From positions 169,280,001 to 169,342,000 of the forward strand of contig OX597814.1 in NCBI GenBank assembly GCA_951406725.2: a DNA stretch of 62,000 nt, read 5' to 3'. The notes beneath the pieces were generated by a model. It did not search any database and had not been told where the DNA came from. It worked only from the letters and a program-made list of their open reading frames with translations. Below are positions 41,317 through 53,849 of this stretch, in pieces; the stretch's first letter is position 1, and each line of letters begins with the position of its first letter. Source of the stretch: Octopus vulgaris (Eukaryota). Made by a program: the position numbers and the translations under genes.

Positions 41317-41367
41317 ATGTGGACTGGTTTCTGGTTTGATACAAAGATCTTACCTCCCTCAGCACAT
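41317..41367 (-). ncRNA. Putative type I hammerhead with one extra G in the core
   Basis: Stem I atgtg/cacat; CTGAGGGA; stem II ggt..acc; GAAAC-CA-GTC. Lies in a ~250 bp element that starts at a TA run near 41125. Confidence 0.55.
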
Positions 41368-41711
41368 CTTAACCCTTTGAAACACTATCCGAATCTGTAA
41401 ATCTGCTGGTGTCCTTAATTGCCTAGTGCCAAAATGCGGACATATGTATATATTTGTATCCTTGTATTTGTGTTTGTCTCCCTCCCATTACCACTTGACA
41501 ACTGATGGTGGTGTGTTTACATCCCTGTAACTTAGCAATTTGGCAAAAGAGACCAATAGAATAAGTACTATGCTTAAAAAATAAGTCCTGTGATTGATTG
41601 TTTGACTAAAACCCTTCAAGGCAGTGCTCCAGCATGGCCACAATCAGATCACTCAAACAAGTAAAAGAATAAAAGAATATATGTGTGTTGTCGTTGTTGT
41701 TGTTGTTGTTG

Positions 41712-41744
<33 letters not shown>

Positions 41745-42708
41745 TGCATATGTGTACAGTGTGAAGTGAGATACCTAAATTTATTACACACATTGCAGAT
41801 GTGACAGGGTGTGATAAGTTTGAGTATCTCCTGCATCACTGTACACATGTATTTGCATGTGTGGGATATTCTGTGTGATTCATATAGCACTGTATGCCTA
41901 ACACATATGCACATACACATACATATGCACATACACATACATATGCATACACACATGCATAAAGTACATAGCAGAGGAGAGTATTGTTGTTTGAGTCAGA
42001 AACTCAATGAACAGTATAATTTGGTTTTACCAAGAGTGTGAGCACGTGGATGGAGGCGGGGTTAGAGAGAGAGAGAGAAAGAAGAAGAAAGAAAAGAAAG
42101 TGAAAGAGAGAGAGAGAATGACAGAGAATTTTGTGCATCTCATAAAACATTGCACACAGACGTGTGTGTGTATGTTTGCTCTGTGCTTTTTTATTTATTC
42201 ACCACCCCGCTTACACATTTATCTGATGTCATATTTGTTTCCAGGTCTTTGCCAAATCCATGGTTTTCATCTAACTGTCAATCTGTCATTGATGTTTTTT
42301 GGTTATTTATCTGTATACGTACTTCCATATCCATAGATAATGTACACAAACATAAGTACATACTTACACACACACCCACCCACATCTACCCCACTGCCCA
42401 CATACACACAGTCATGTTTTATTGGAAGCGTTCATACATTGGAATACAAAGATGGGTTGGTGGTAAACTCCCAACAAAACTTCTAGATTCAAACACAATT
42501 GGTCTACTATACTTTGGGATGAACAACAAAAATTAGATATTAGATAGACATAGCTATGTGATAAGAAGTTTGTTTCTCAACCATGTGGTTCTGGGTTCAG
42601 TCCCACTGCGTGGTACCTTGGGGAAGTGTTTTCAACAATATTCCTTAACTGACCAAAACCTTGTGAGTGGATTACATGGACAAAAACTGAAAGAAGCTCA
42701 TTGGGTAC

Positions 42709-42768
<60 letters not shown>

Positions 42769-43099
42769 ATGTGTGTGTGTATGTGTATTTGTGTGTGTGT
42801 GTGTGCATGCACACGTGTGTGTGTGTGTGTTACTGCTTACTTGCCTTGACATTGCATGATAGTTGTAAATGAGTGTCACTGTCATACTGGTGGTGTCTTC
42901 CATTACCAATCTTCCATAAAAAAAGATGTCTGGTCATGGGGAAATATTATCTTGTTTGGAAACAAGAGGGCTGGTGATTATAAGGGCACTCCTGATATAG
43001 AAACCCTGTTTCAACATATTCTGTCTGACTTGCAAGCTTGGAAAAGAGGAACTGTGAAGTGAAAAATAATGATGATGTTGATGATGATGATGATGATGT

Positions 43100-43148
<49 letters not shown>

Positions 43149-43227
43149 GGTGGTGGTGGTGGTGGTGGTGGTGGTGCTGATGATGATGATGATGGTGATG
43201 GTGATGGTGGTGATGGTGATGATGATG

Positions 43228-43277
<50 letters not shown>

Positions 43278-43655
43278 GATGATGGTGATGGTGATGATGT
43301 GAGTTATAGTTAGCTCCTTAGCAGCTGCAGCCTACCTTTATTCAAGTTCAGTAGGAGAAATTGAGCAAGTACGAACCCTTATTTTGAAACTTTCAACTCT
43401 TCTGCTCAGATTTATAAAACCCATAATCAGTGGCTCATTTAGGTATGTTACTCAGGTCATGAATACTCATTGTCATAAATAAGAACCTCTTCCAGGCAAA
43501 GAATGAAACTTCAGGGTAATATTATCTTCCTTGGAAACGGCTGATAGCCAGCAACATGAAGGGCATCCAACCATAGAAGATCTGCCTCGATGAATTTCAT
43601 TTGATCCATGCAAGCATGTAAAAGTGGCCATCAGAATTATGACAACAACAACAAC

Positions 43656-43700
<45 letters not shown>

Positions 43701-45293
43701 GATGTTGATGATGATAAAAGCTTTTATGTTTAAAATAATGCAATCCAAAATTTTGTCAGTTCCAATTGATGGAACTTTGATTTTAAGATAAAATCTGCTG
43801 CAATGTCTATTTGCTTTTCCTTTTCTTTGTGTGAAAGATTGCTCAAGTTTCACATTTATAAATGGGTTTTCAACCTCAAAATTGGTTTGCAATTTTCATC
43901 TAGAAAATACTTTGTTACTGATTAATTTCATATCAGATTAATGTTGCAGAAGTGAATATTTTATAGTTTAATTTCAGGATGTTCAGTTTGTCAGCATAAA
44001 ACCGGCTGTGTGGTTAAGAAACCCACTTTGCAACCATGTGGTTCCAGGTTCAGGTTCAGTCCTATTGTATGGCACCTTCAGCAAGTTCTTTGTTCCTACT
44101 ATGGCTCTGGACCAACCAGTGCCTTGTGAGTGAATCTGGTAGATCAAAACTGGAAGCTTGTCAATTTTTCTCTCCTCATTTATTTTTTCTCTAGAAGAGT
44201 TTAATCTGGAAACATAAAAGAATTTACCTTAAAGAATTTTCATGATGTTAACCTAATATGCTATTTTTTTTTTTTACCTCATCTTTGTGTTATTTATAAT
44301 TTTTGCACTATATTATAACTATAACTATATTATTAAGACTCAAGACTATTGAAAAGGTTGCAAGACGCAACGGAAATTTTAGGAAAATAGAAATAAGAAA
44401 TAAGTGGAAATTTTACCGGTGAGTGTGTTACATTATAAGGCACAAAAAGAAAATGACTCTCCCCAGACACAACAGAATATGCTTCAACACACGAACTCAA
44501 ATAAAGAATCTTGCAAACCAAATCCAAAAACGAAATATAGTATACATATGTACTTATGTATATACAAAAAATGGTAAAAACTCCCTTTGGTCATGAATGA
44601 CCATGGGATTGCACCTAGAAAGTTATCCTCCAAGGCAAAGATCTGGGTAAAGTTATTTATGGAAGACCAGCACTCACCCATGCATACCAGCCTCTCCATG
44701 CTACTGATGTTACCCAAGGGAAAGGCAAAGACCAACACAACTTGGCATCAGTCACTTCACAACTCATTTCTACAGCTGAGTGAACTGGAGCAACATGGAA
44801 TGAAGTGTCTTACTCAAGAACACAACACACAGCCTGGTCCGAGAATTGAACTCACTACCTCATGATGGTTGTGAGCTCAACACTCTAACCACTGAGCTAT
44901 ATATGCATATTTGCATGTATGTCATTGTGTTAGTGCTTTCCACTGCTCGACGACCAGTATTGGTTTGTTTACATCCCTGTAACTTAGAGGTTTGGCAAAA
45001 GAGACCTATAGAATAAGTATCAGACTTGCAAGATAAGTACTGGGTTCAACCAATCTGTTTGATTAAAACACTTAAAAGCAGTGCTCAGTACAGTCACAGT
45101 TCAATACCTGAAATGAACAGAAATAATAAGAAAAAAGGCATGGCAGTGTGGTAAGAAGGTTGCTTCCCAGCCACATGGTTCCAGATTCAGTCCCACTGCA
45201 TGGCACCTTGAGCAAGTGTCTTCTACTATAGCCCTGGGCCAACCAAAGCATTATGAGTGGATTTAATAGATGGAAATTTGAAAGAAACTCGTC

Positions 45294-45435
<142 letters not shown>

Positions 45436-45440
45436 GTATA

Positions 45441-45486
<46 letters not shown>

Positions 45487-46853
45487 TACATATATATATA
45501 TGTATATGTTTGTGTGTGTGTGTCTGTGTTTGTCTGTGATTTGGCAAATAGAAATTAAAAGAAGCTCATTTTGTGCATGCATATGTGTATGTATGTATAT
45601 GTATATGTATATGTATATATATGTATGTGTGTGTGTATATATATATATATACATACATACAAACACACACACACACACACACACACATGTATATATATAT
45701 AGAAATATTACATTTCTTAATATCTCAGGGAGATATAAGCAGTAGTGGTACAACAGAGTAGTTGTATACTGTCAACTGAATGTGACAGTCCCATGAAGGG
45801 AATCACACCATTGCTATTACTTATTCTATCAGCCTCTTTTGCCAAACCACTAAATTATGGGGATGTAAACACACCAACATCAGTAGTCAAGCGATGGTGT
45901 GGGGAGACAAACAAAGACAGACAAAGGGATTAAGTCGATTACATTGACCCCAGTTCATAACTGGTACTTAATTTATCGACCCCAAAAGGATGAAAGGCAA
46001 AGTTGACCTCGGCGGAATATGAACTCAGAACGTAACAGTAGATGAAATACCGCTATGCATTTCGCCCAGCGTACTAACATTTCTGCCAGCTTGCTGTCTC
46101 TTACCACACAGCCACTCCTGTGCCTTTATCAATGTTTTTCACATACCTTTTTTTTTTCTCCATGAATTTCACCATCAGACTTTATTAAGTGTTCTGCCAT
46201 TGTAGATGCTTTACTTGGTTTTGCAATTTGAAGCCAGTATATGCAATTTGAAGCAAGGAAAGCGTTTTTGCTTTTTTGACAAAAATGATGAAATTTTAGC
46301 TTTCCTTTCATTCAATTCCAGATACTTTCATGTAAAATATTCTTCACTCATGATTGTAAAAGATAAATGTGTTGCCTAAATTTGTTATGCGTGACAAAAG
46401 CAGTATTAGTTCAAAGCAGCAATCTGTGTATCATAGGCATTTTCATGTTTAAAAGCCTGAAAATCTCTTATAGATGTATAATGTTAGCAATGTCACTGCT
46501 GCTGGTGGATGACTTTTATTTATTGCTGATATATTTCTGGGTTTTTTTTAACACTATACATCTACTGGAAATACTTTCTTGAGACTTTCAATGGTTTATA
46601 TACTTTAAGTATGATACACAAATTGCTATTGTTTAAATATTGCTTTAATTTCACTAGATTTAAGTTGCTGTTATTTTAAACTCTTTCACATTCAATTCAC
46701 ATTCCACTTATCACCAGTCTTATCACCAGTTCAAGTGATACCGTGAACAATACAAGCTTAATCATATTTTTACTTCTTATTTTTTCATGGTTCATCTTGC
46801 TGTTTTGATGATCTTGCAACTGAATTTGTTATAGGCTCAAACTGTGTAACATC

Positions 46854-47417
46854 TGTAGTGGCACAAGCAGTCAGCGCCATGTCGGATGAGATCTTGCGGC
46901 AGCCATTGCCATCTCCGAGACTGGAGCGAGACCTCACCTGCATCCATTTGCCATGCGAGAGATCCCAACGAGGCTCGTGATGGCAAACTGTATAAAAGGG
47001 CCAAACAGAAACAGATTCATTCTCTTTTCACCACAAGCGCTTGCCGAGCACACTTCACTGGCTGGGTCTCCAAGCTAGTCCCGTCTGCATGTTGTATCTC
47101 CAGAGGCAATGGGCAATGAGGCTATAGTAGAAGACACTTGCCCATAGTACCACGCAGTGAGACTGAACCCAGAACATGTGGTTGGGAAGCAAGTTTCTTA
47201 CCACACAGCCTCTCCTGTGCCTTTATCAATGTTTTTCACATACTTTTTTTTTGTCTCCATGAATTTCACCAACAAAATGCACACAGATTGAAATGGTATG
47301 CTGAGAGCAACACACTTCACCTATTCTGTGAAACTTGTAAATAAACCGGTTGTAAATTGCATTTGTACCTAAAGACTTCCTTCCTTGCCTGCTGAAGCCT
47401 GAATTACACGAAGAACA
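46854..47417 (+). mobile_element. Solo LTR-like element, copy 2, interrupted at ~47118-47271
   Basis: Starts tgtagtggcac, ends gaagaaca; homologous to 17115-17485; tataaaag and aataaa present. Confidence 0.65.
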
Positions 47418-48869
47418 ATATTTAATGGGAGAAGGCGATATTCACCCGATATCGTAAACCTTGCCTCCCATTATACACTGTTTTTCATTCATGTGATTTG
47501 GGTTCTGCCTATTAACACTTGACATATTGATTGTTTTAATCATTCAGCCATTAGGGATGTAAATAGAGTGTGATTTATTGATTACCGAAAATTATAATTG
47601 CCTGAAACATCAATTTACGCTATGCATACATTAAAAAGTTACTAAACTATTTAATACTAGTATTTTAACAGCCATTGCGCATTTGTTGTTTCCTAAACTG
47701 AAAGCAATTGAAAATTATTGCATAATATTGACTTGGAGTTGCTAAATTTCACCGGCTCAGTAAAATATATCCAGAATTAATATTCTTACATCAAAACTAA
47801 GTGCTTGTTATTCAAGCAGAAGATACTATGAAAATCCTATATAAATTTGTCTGTTGAGTCTATGTGGAGGTATGTGTGTCAGTGGCATTACTTTCCTTCA
47901 CCTGTGGATATAGTTGTGTATGTATGTGAATATGTATGCGTGTGTGAGAGAGCTGACTGACTGCTGGAGGAATATAAAATGCTGAATATTGTGAAGGTGG
48001 GGGAAGAGTTTTGTGGTGGGGAAAAGGCATGTCCTAGTGTGTACTTGCATATGTTATGTGTGTGTGTGTGTGTTTGTTTATTGTTTTAACAAGTAATGTG
48101 TTAGTCTATATATGAATATATTTAAGCATGTGTGTGTGTATTTTTTCATTGCTTTAACAGCTGTATACATATATCTGTATGTGTGTAACTATGTGTTGTA
48201 ACTAATATACTGCGTTTGTTTATACTGATTAAATCAGTGATAAAAATAAACAAAAATACAAGAATTTTTTTTTTTCAATAAACAATGTTTCATTACAATT
48301 ATATGAACATACATATTTTAAAACACTTCTATACTACATATTTATTTCTTTAAAACTCAGCCATGGAAACCAGCAATATCTGATGCAAATCGTCTGAGTT
48401 CCAGAGACTTCAGTTTAAGTAACCATGTGCAAGAGCAGTGGAAGCCTGTTGTGTGAATATGTATGTGCATGCACCTACATGTTTTTGTTTGTGTTTATCC
48501 CCACTTCCCTATGCTTGACAGCCAATGTTGGTTCATTTACGTCCCTGTAACATAACAGCTTGGCAAAATAGACCGATGGAATACATACTGAACTTTAAAA
48601 AGTTCATATGAACTTTAAAAATGGTCCATATGGCTCTTGAGGACTTTGGGGGTTCCACGCAACAAAATAGTAAACTGGGAATCCACAATATTTTAAGGGC
48701 CCCTGAAAAAATTTTACTTTAGATCTAGGTATTGGTGTGTATTGCAAGAAACAGCTAGGTTTCTTTCTCTAATGTTTTACATTGTTCAACCTACACAAGT
48801 GAAAAATGAAATAGAGATTTATTCCTCCAAATTTGAATGAGAAATTCAAAGGTATGTGGATTCCATGAA

Positions 48870-49830
48870 TGATTTCCCAGATGTTCAATATGTGCACCAC
48901 CTGAGACACGGCACACATCAAGCCAGTAGTCGAGCTCCTCCCAAATATGCTTCAGTATGTCTTGGGTAACAGTCTCCAGTGTGGTAGTGATTCTCTACTG
49001 GAGTTCCTCTAGGTTTGCAGGAAGAGCAGGGATATAGACCAGGCCCTTCACGTAGCTCCAGAGAAAAAACCACAAGGTGTCAGGTCAGGTGAACGTGGCA
49101 GCCATTTCAACAGCACATTGTCTTCCTCACCAGCATGCCCGGTCCATCTCCCTCGCAGATTGTCTTTGAGATAAGCCCTCACAGTGAGCTTCCAGTGAGG
49201 TGGAGCCCCATCCTGTTGAAAAATGAAGTCTTCATGTTCATTTGCAATGAGCTCATCCATTTGCCAGTTCTGAAGCATTTGCAGATAAACATCACTGGTC
49301 ACATTTCCCTGAAAGAAAAACGGGCCATGAAGATGCTTCTTGGAGATGGCACAGAACACATTCACTTTTAGTAAGTTCCTCTCATGCTAAACTGTGGCAT
49401 GGGATTTTCTTTGCCTTAAATGCGAACATTTTACTTATTGACTTTACCATTCATATGAAATGTGGCCTCATCACTGAAAACAAGGTGTTACTTGAACTCG
49501 GCTTCTTCAAATTTCTTTTGCATATCGACACAGAATTGTTTGTGCTTTTGCTTGTCATCTGCCATTATGGCCTGAATGAGCTGCAGCTTGTAGGGTTTCA
49601 TTAGCAAGCATTTCCTCAGGACATGCCAAACTATTGTTGGAGGAATCTGGGTTTCCAGACTTGTTCTTCTGATGGACTTCTTGAGGCTTCGCATGAGTTT
49701 TGGGTGAACCCGCTCAACCATTTCTTCCTATGTTAAAGGTCATCCAGATCCTTTTGCCCTGCACAGACAACCTTCCTCTTTGAATGTTTTGTGCCATGTC
49801 CAAATCTGCATCAGTTGGATGGTTTAACAG
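48870..49830 (-). pseudogene. Tc1/mariner transposase pseudogene with DD41D (rosa-like) spacing
   Basis: KKSIRRTSLETQIP..KPYKLQL, LVFSDEATFH, FQQDGAPPHW...KWLPRSPDL (41 residues between the second and third Asp), then RITTTLETVTQDILKHIWEELDYWLDVCRVSGGAHIEHL; stops and frameshifts present. Confidence 0.85.
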
Positions 49831-50279
49831 GATCTGGGGAGAACATGGCCATGTTGAGCTCTAATGTCAGCATTGGTATGGCTTTGATGGTTAGATGCCC
49901 TTCCTAACACCAATATACATTATATGTATATATATATCATAGGTACAGGTGTGGCTGTGTGGTAAGGAGATTGCTTCCCAACAACATGGTTCCACATTCA
50001 GTCCCACTGTGTGACACCTTGGGTGAGTGTCTTCTATAGCCACAGACTGACCAAAGCCTTGTGAGTGGATTTGGAAGACAGAAACTGAAAGAAGCCGGTC
50101 ATATATATATATATATATATGTATATATCTACATGTGTGTGTGTTTTTATGTGTGTTTGTTCCCCACTACCACTTGACAACTGGTGTTGGTGTGTTTACA
50201 TCTTTGTAACTTAGCAGTTCGGCAAAAAGAGACCAGTAGAATAAGTACCAAGCTTTAAAAAAATACCCTGAGGTCGATT

Positions 50280-51305
50280 TCATCATCATCATTATTAATT
50301 AATGTCTGTTGTCTGTGCTGGGATATGTTGACCAAGGCTGGCATGGTGGAAGGCTGTACCAGACTCTAGTCTGATTTGGCATGATTTCTACAGCTGGACG
50401 CCCTTCCTAACGCCAACCACTCCAAGAATGTAATGAGTGCTTTTATGTGCCACCAGCATGAGTGCCATTTGCATAACACCTGTATCTGCCATGACTACAA
50501 TTTAACTTGGCTTGATGGGTCTTCTTCTCAAGCATGGCATAATACCAAAGGTCTTGGTTATTTGTCATTGCCTCATCGAGGCCCAACACTCAAAAGATGC
50601 TTTTATATGCCACCAGCATCACTCCTCTTGCTTCCATGAGGCCCAATGCTTGAAAGGTGCTTTTTACATGTCATTTGCCAGTTATGTGACACCAGCATCA
50701 GCCACGACTATAATTTCACTTATAAGTATGGCATATCACCAAAGGTCTCAGTCACTAGTCATTACCTCTGTGAGGCCCAACGTTCAAAGATCATGCTTCA
50801 CCACCTCATCCCATGTCTTCCTGGGTCTACCTCTACCACAGGTTCCCTCCACAGTTAGAGATCAGCACTTCTGTATACAGCTGTTCTTATCCATACACAC
50901 CACATGACCATACCAATGCAGTTGTCTCTCTTGCATACCACATCTGATGGCTCTTATGCCCAGCTTTTCTCTCAGGATGCTTACACTCTGTCGAACATGC
51001 ACACTGACATTGCATATCCAGTGAAGCATACTGGTTTCATTTCTTTCAAGCCTATGCATGTCCTCAGCTGTCACAGCCCATGTTTCACTGCCATGTAGCA
51101 TAACAGTTTGCACACAATCATCATACAGTGTGCCTTTCACTCTGAGGGAGAAACCCTTTGTTGCCAGCAGGGGCAGGTGTTCTCTGAACTTTGCCCAGCC
51201 CATTCTTATTCTCACAGCTATGCTCTCAGAGCACCCACCTCCAATACTAAATTGGTCACCTACATAATGGAAGCTATCTTCTACCTCTAGTTTACCCCAA
51301 CTCAC
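50280..51305 (-). mobile_element. 5'-truncated RTE LINE (C-terminal ORF plus 3'UTR)
   Basis: ORF 50862-51305 LEVEDSFHYVGD..GGGCSESIAVRIRMGWAKFRE..HGSETWAVT..LHWYGHV; UTR ends in the window's abundant (GAT)n-tailed repeat. Confidence 0.9.
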
Positions 51306-51589
51306 AGTTGATGGAGTCTATTTTCTGTACATTTTCAGTATTTATTGTACCTGTGCACCTTCCGCACACAAAAACTATACTCCCAGTTAACCTTCCTCTG
51401 ATATTGTTGCACCTCTTATGTTTCTATAGTTTACATTAAGATCAAACAGACTATCTACCTGAAGGGATTTGTGATTTACCTTCCTTCCTACTTACTAAGA
51501 CTTTGATTTGTTTGATTAAAACCCTTCAAGGCAGTGCCTTAGCATGGCCGCAGCCAAATAGCCAAAACAAATAAAAATACTAAAGGAAT

Positions 51590-51790
51590 ATATATATATA
51601 GCCATAATATATCGGTAGCCACTACACACATTTTTTTCTCTCCTTGTATCTTTCTGTGTTCCTTTCTGTGGAAGAGCGTAGGCTCGAACCGTGAACCACT
51701 TTTTCAATTCCCAAGCATTATACTAATACATCTGTTTGTTTTGTACACCACCTGTCTTTGTCTTTTGTTTTTTTATGAATTCCCCCATAT
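51590..51790 (+). mobile_element. Short element between TA runs with a degraded hammerhead-like motif (~51663-51695)
   Basis: ttt-CTGTGGA-a-gagc-gtag-gctc-GAACC-gtg: the gagc/gctc stem II matches the 10.6 kb motif, but the core has several substitutions. Confidence 0.4.
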
Positions 51791-51793
51791 ATA

Positions 51794-51890
<97 letters not shown>

Positions 51891-52485
51891 TGAACAAATG
51901 AATGGAAGTAACACTAAGCACGTAGTTGGAGTTGTATTTATTGAGTAACAAGTGGATTTAGCTCCTCATGTTTCTTAAAGTTTCATTGCCATGAAAGGAT
52001 GTCCATCTCTCATTTTCAACAATCACCATACACTTGTGACTCAGTGACATTAACATTCCACCTGCTTTAAGTTGTGAGGTGTCATCATCTTCCATCTATT
52101 TTTAACCACATAGCCATACTTGACCATTTGGTTATAAACTCTCGCTCTCTCTCAGTATGTAATACAGAAACCATTTCTCACCATTTTATGTCATAAGCAC
52201 AGGTGTTGCTTATATGCTAAATACCTTGCATTGAAGACTAAGTGACACTAATATCCTGTCTGCTTTAACATATGGTGAGCTTCCTTCAAGTTGTCTGCTA
52301 TCACTAAGTCATATCACTTTTCCATTCCAACATGGTTTGAAATGATGAAATAGGAGTTAAGTTCTTTCTGTAATAAAGAAGCAAATTTGTTTTTTTCCAC
52401 TTTGCTTCTGAATGTCTGTGAAGAGGGATGCTTTATCATATCCATGAAACTCAAAGTAACAAGACAACCTGAGTCAAACTGTTAT

Positions 52486-52524
<39 letters not shown>

Positions 52525-52752
52525 TTATGTATATGTATGTAGGCATTCTTTTTTTTCTTTTACTTGTTTCAGTCAACTGACTGTGGCCATGCTGGAGCAT
52601 CCCCTTGAAGAGTTTTAGTCGAGCAAATCGACCCCTGAACTTATTCTTTGTAAGCCTAGTGCTTATTCTATTGCTCTCTTTTTGGCAAACCACTAAGTTA
52701 CAGGGGAGTAAACACACCAACATCGGTTGTCAAGTGACAGCGGGGTGACACA

Positions 52753-52797
<45 letters not shown>

Positions 52798-53509
52798 CAG
52801 GCTTCTTTCAGTTTCCATCTAATAAAATCCACTCACAAGGTTTTGGTCAGCCCAAGGCTATAGTTGAAGACATTTGCTCAAGGTACCATGCAATGGGACT
52901 GAACCCAGAGCCATGTGGTTGGGGATCAAGCTTCTTACCACACACCCATGCCTATACCTATATATAATCACCATCAACATCATTATCATCATCATCGTTT
53001 AATGTCTATTTTCCATGCTGGCATGAGTTGGACAGTTTAAGAGGAGATGACAAGCCAGAAAACTGTACCAAGCTCTTACCAAAGCTTGATGCTCTTCTCA
53101 ATGCCAATCGCTTTACAGTGAGTACTGTTTTGTCTTTACATGGTACTGGCACCTGTGAAGTCACCAAATAACTCATAAGACCCCTCAACTGAAAGTCGAG
53201 CCATACTAAAAAAAAAGGTGGATCTATCCCAAATGATGGGAGTTGAAAGTATGTTAGAGGAATAGAAACAGGTGTCTTGCTGTGGAGATGATGCATGGCT
53301 ATTCCAGTTGGAATAGGAAGGAAGATGGTGGTGAAGAGGTGTCAGGATGTCTCCTCAAGTTACAGGAAGTTGTAAGAGATGTGTCCCAGAAGATTGGACA
53401 GAGTGAATGGGTAGGTATATTTGCATGGGTATGAAAGGAGAGTGGCCGATGGATAGAGTTGGAGTATGGATAAAGTTGGAGTATGGATAGAGGAGAGTGG
53501 CAGATGGAT

Positions 53510-53755
53510 AAAGGCAGCAAAAGCGGTGAGCTGGCAGAATCGTTAGCACGCCGGGCGAACTGCTTAGCTGTATTTCATCTGCTGTTATGTTCTGAGTTCA
53601 AATACCACCGAGGTCGACTTTGCCTTTCATCGTTTCAGGGTCGATAAATTAAGTACCAGTTACGCACTGGGGTCGATGTAATCAGCTTAATCCCTTTGTC
53701 TGTCCTTGTTTGTCCCTTCTATGTTTAGCCTCTTGTGGGCAATAAAGAAATAAGA
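53510..53755 (+). mobile_element. SINE family B, full length
   Basis: Head, central domain and tail gtttagcctcttgtgggcaataaagaaataag. Confidence 0.85.
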
Positions 53756-53849
53756 TGGATAAGGACGGCAAGCTTGGCAGAAACGTTAGCAAGCTGGGTG
53801 AAATGTTTAGCAGTATTTCATCTGCTGCCACATTCTGAGTTCAAATTCC

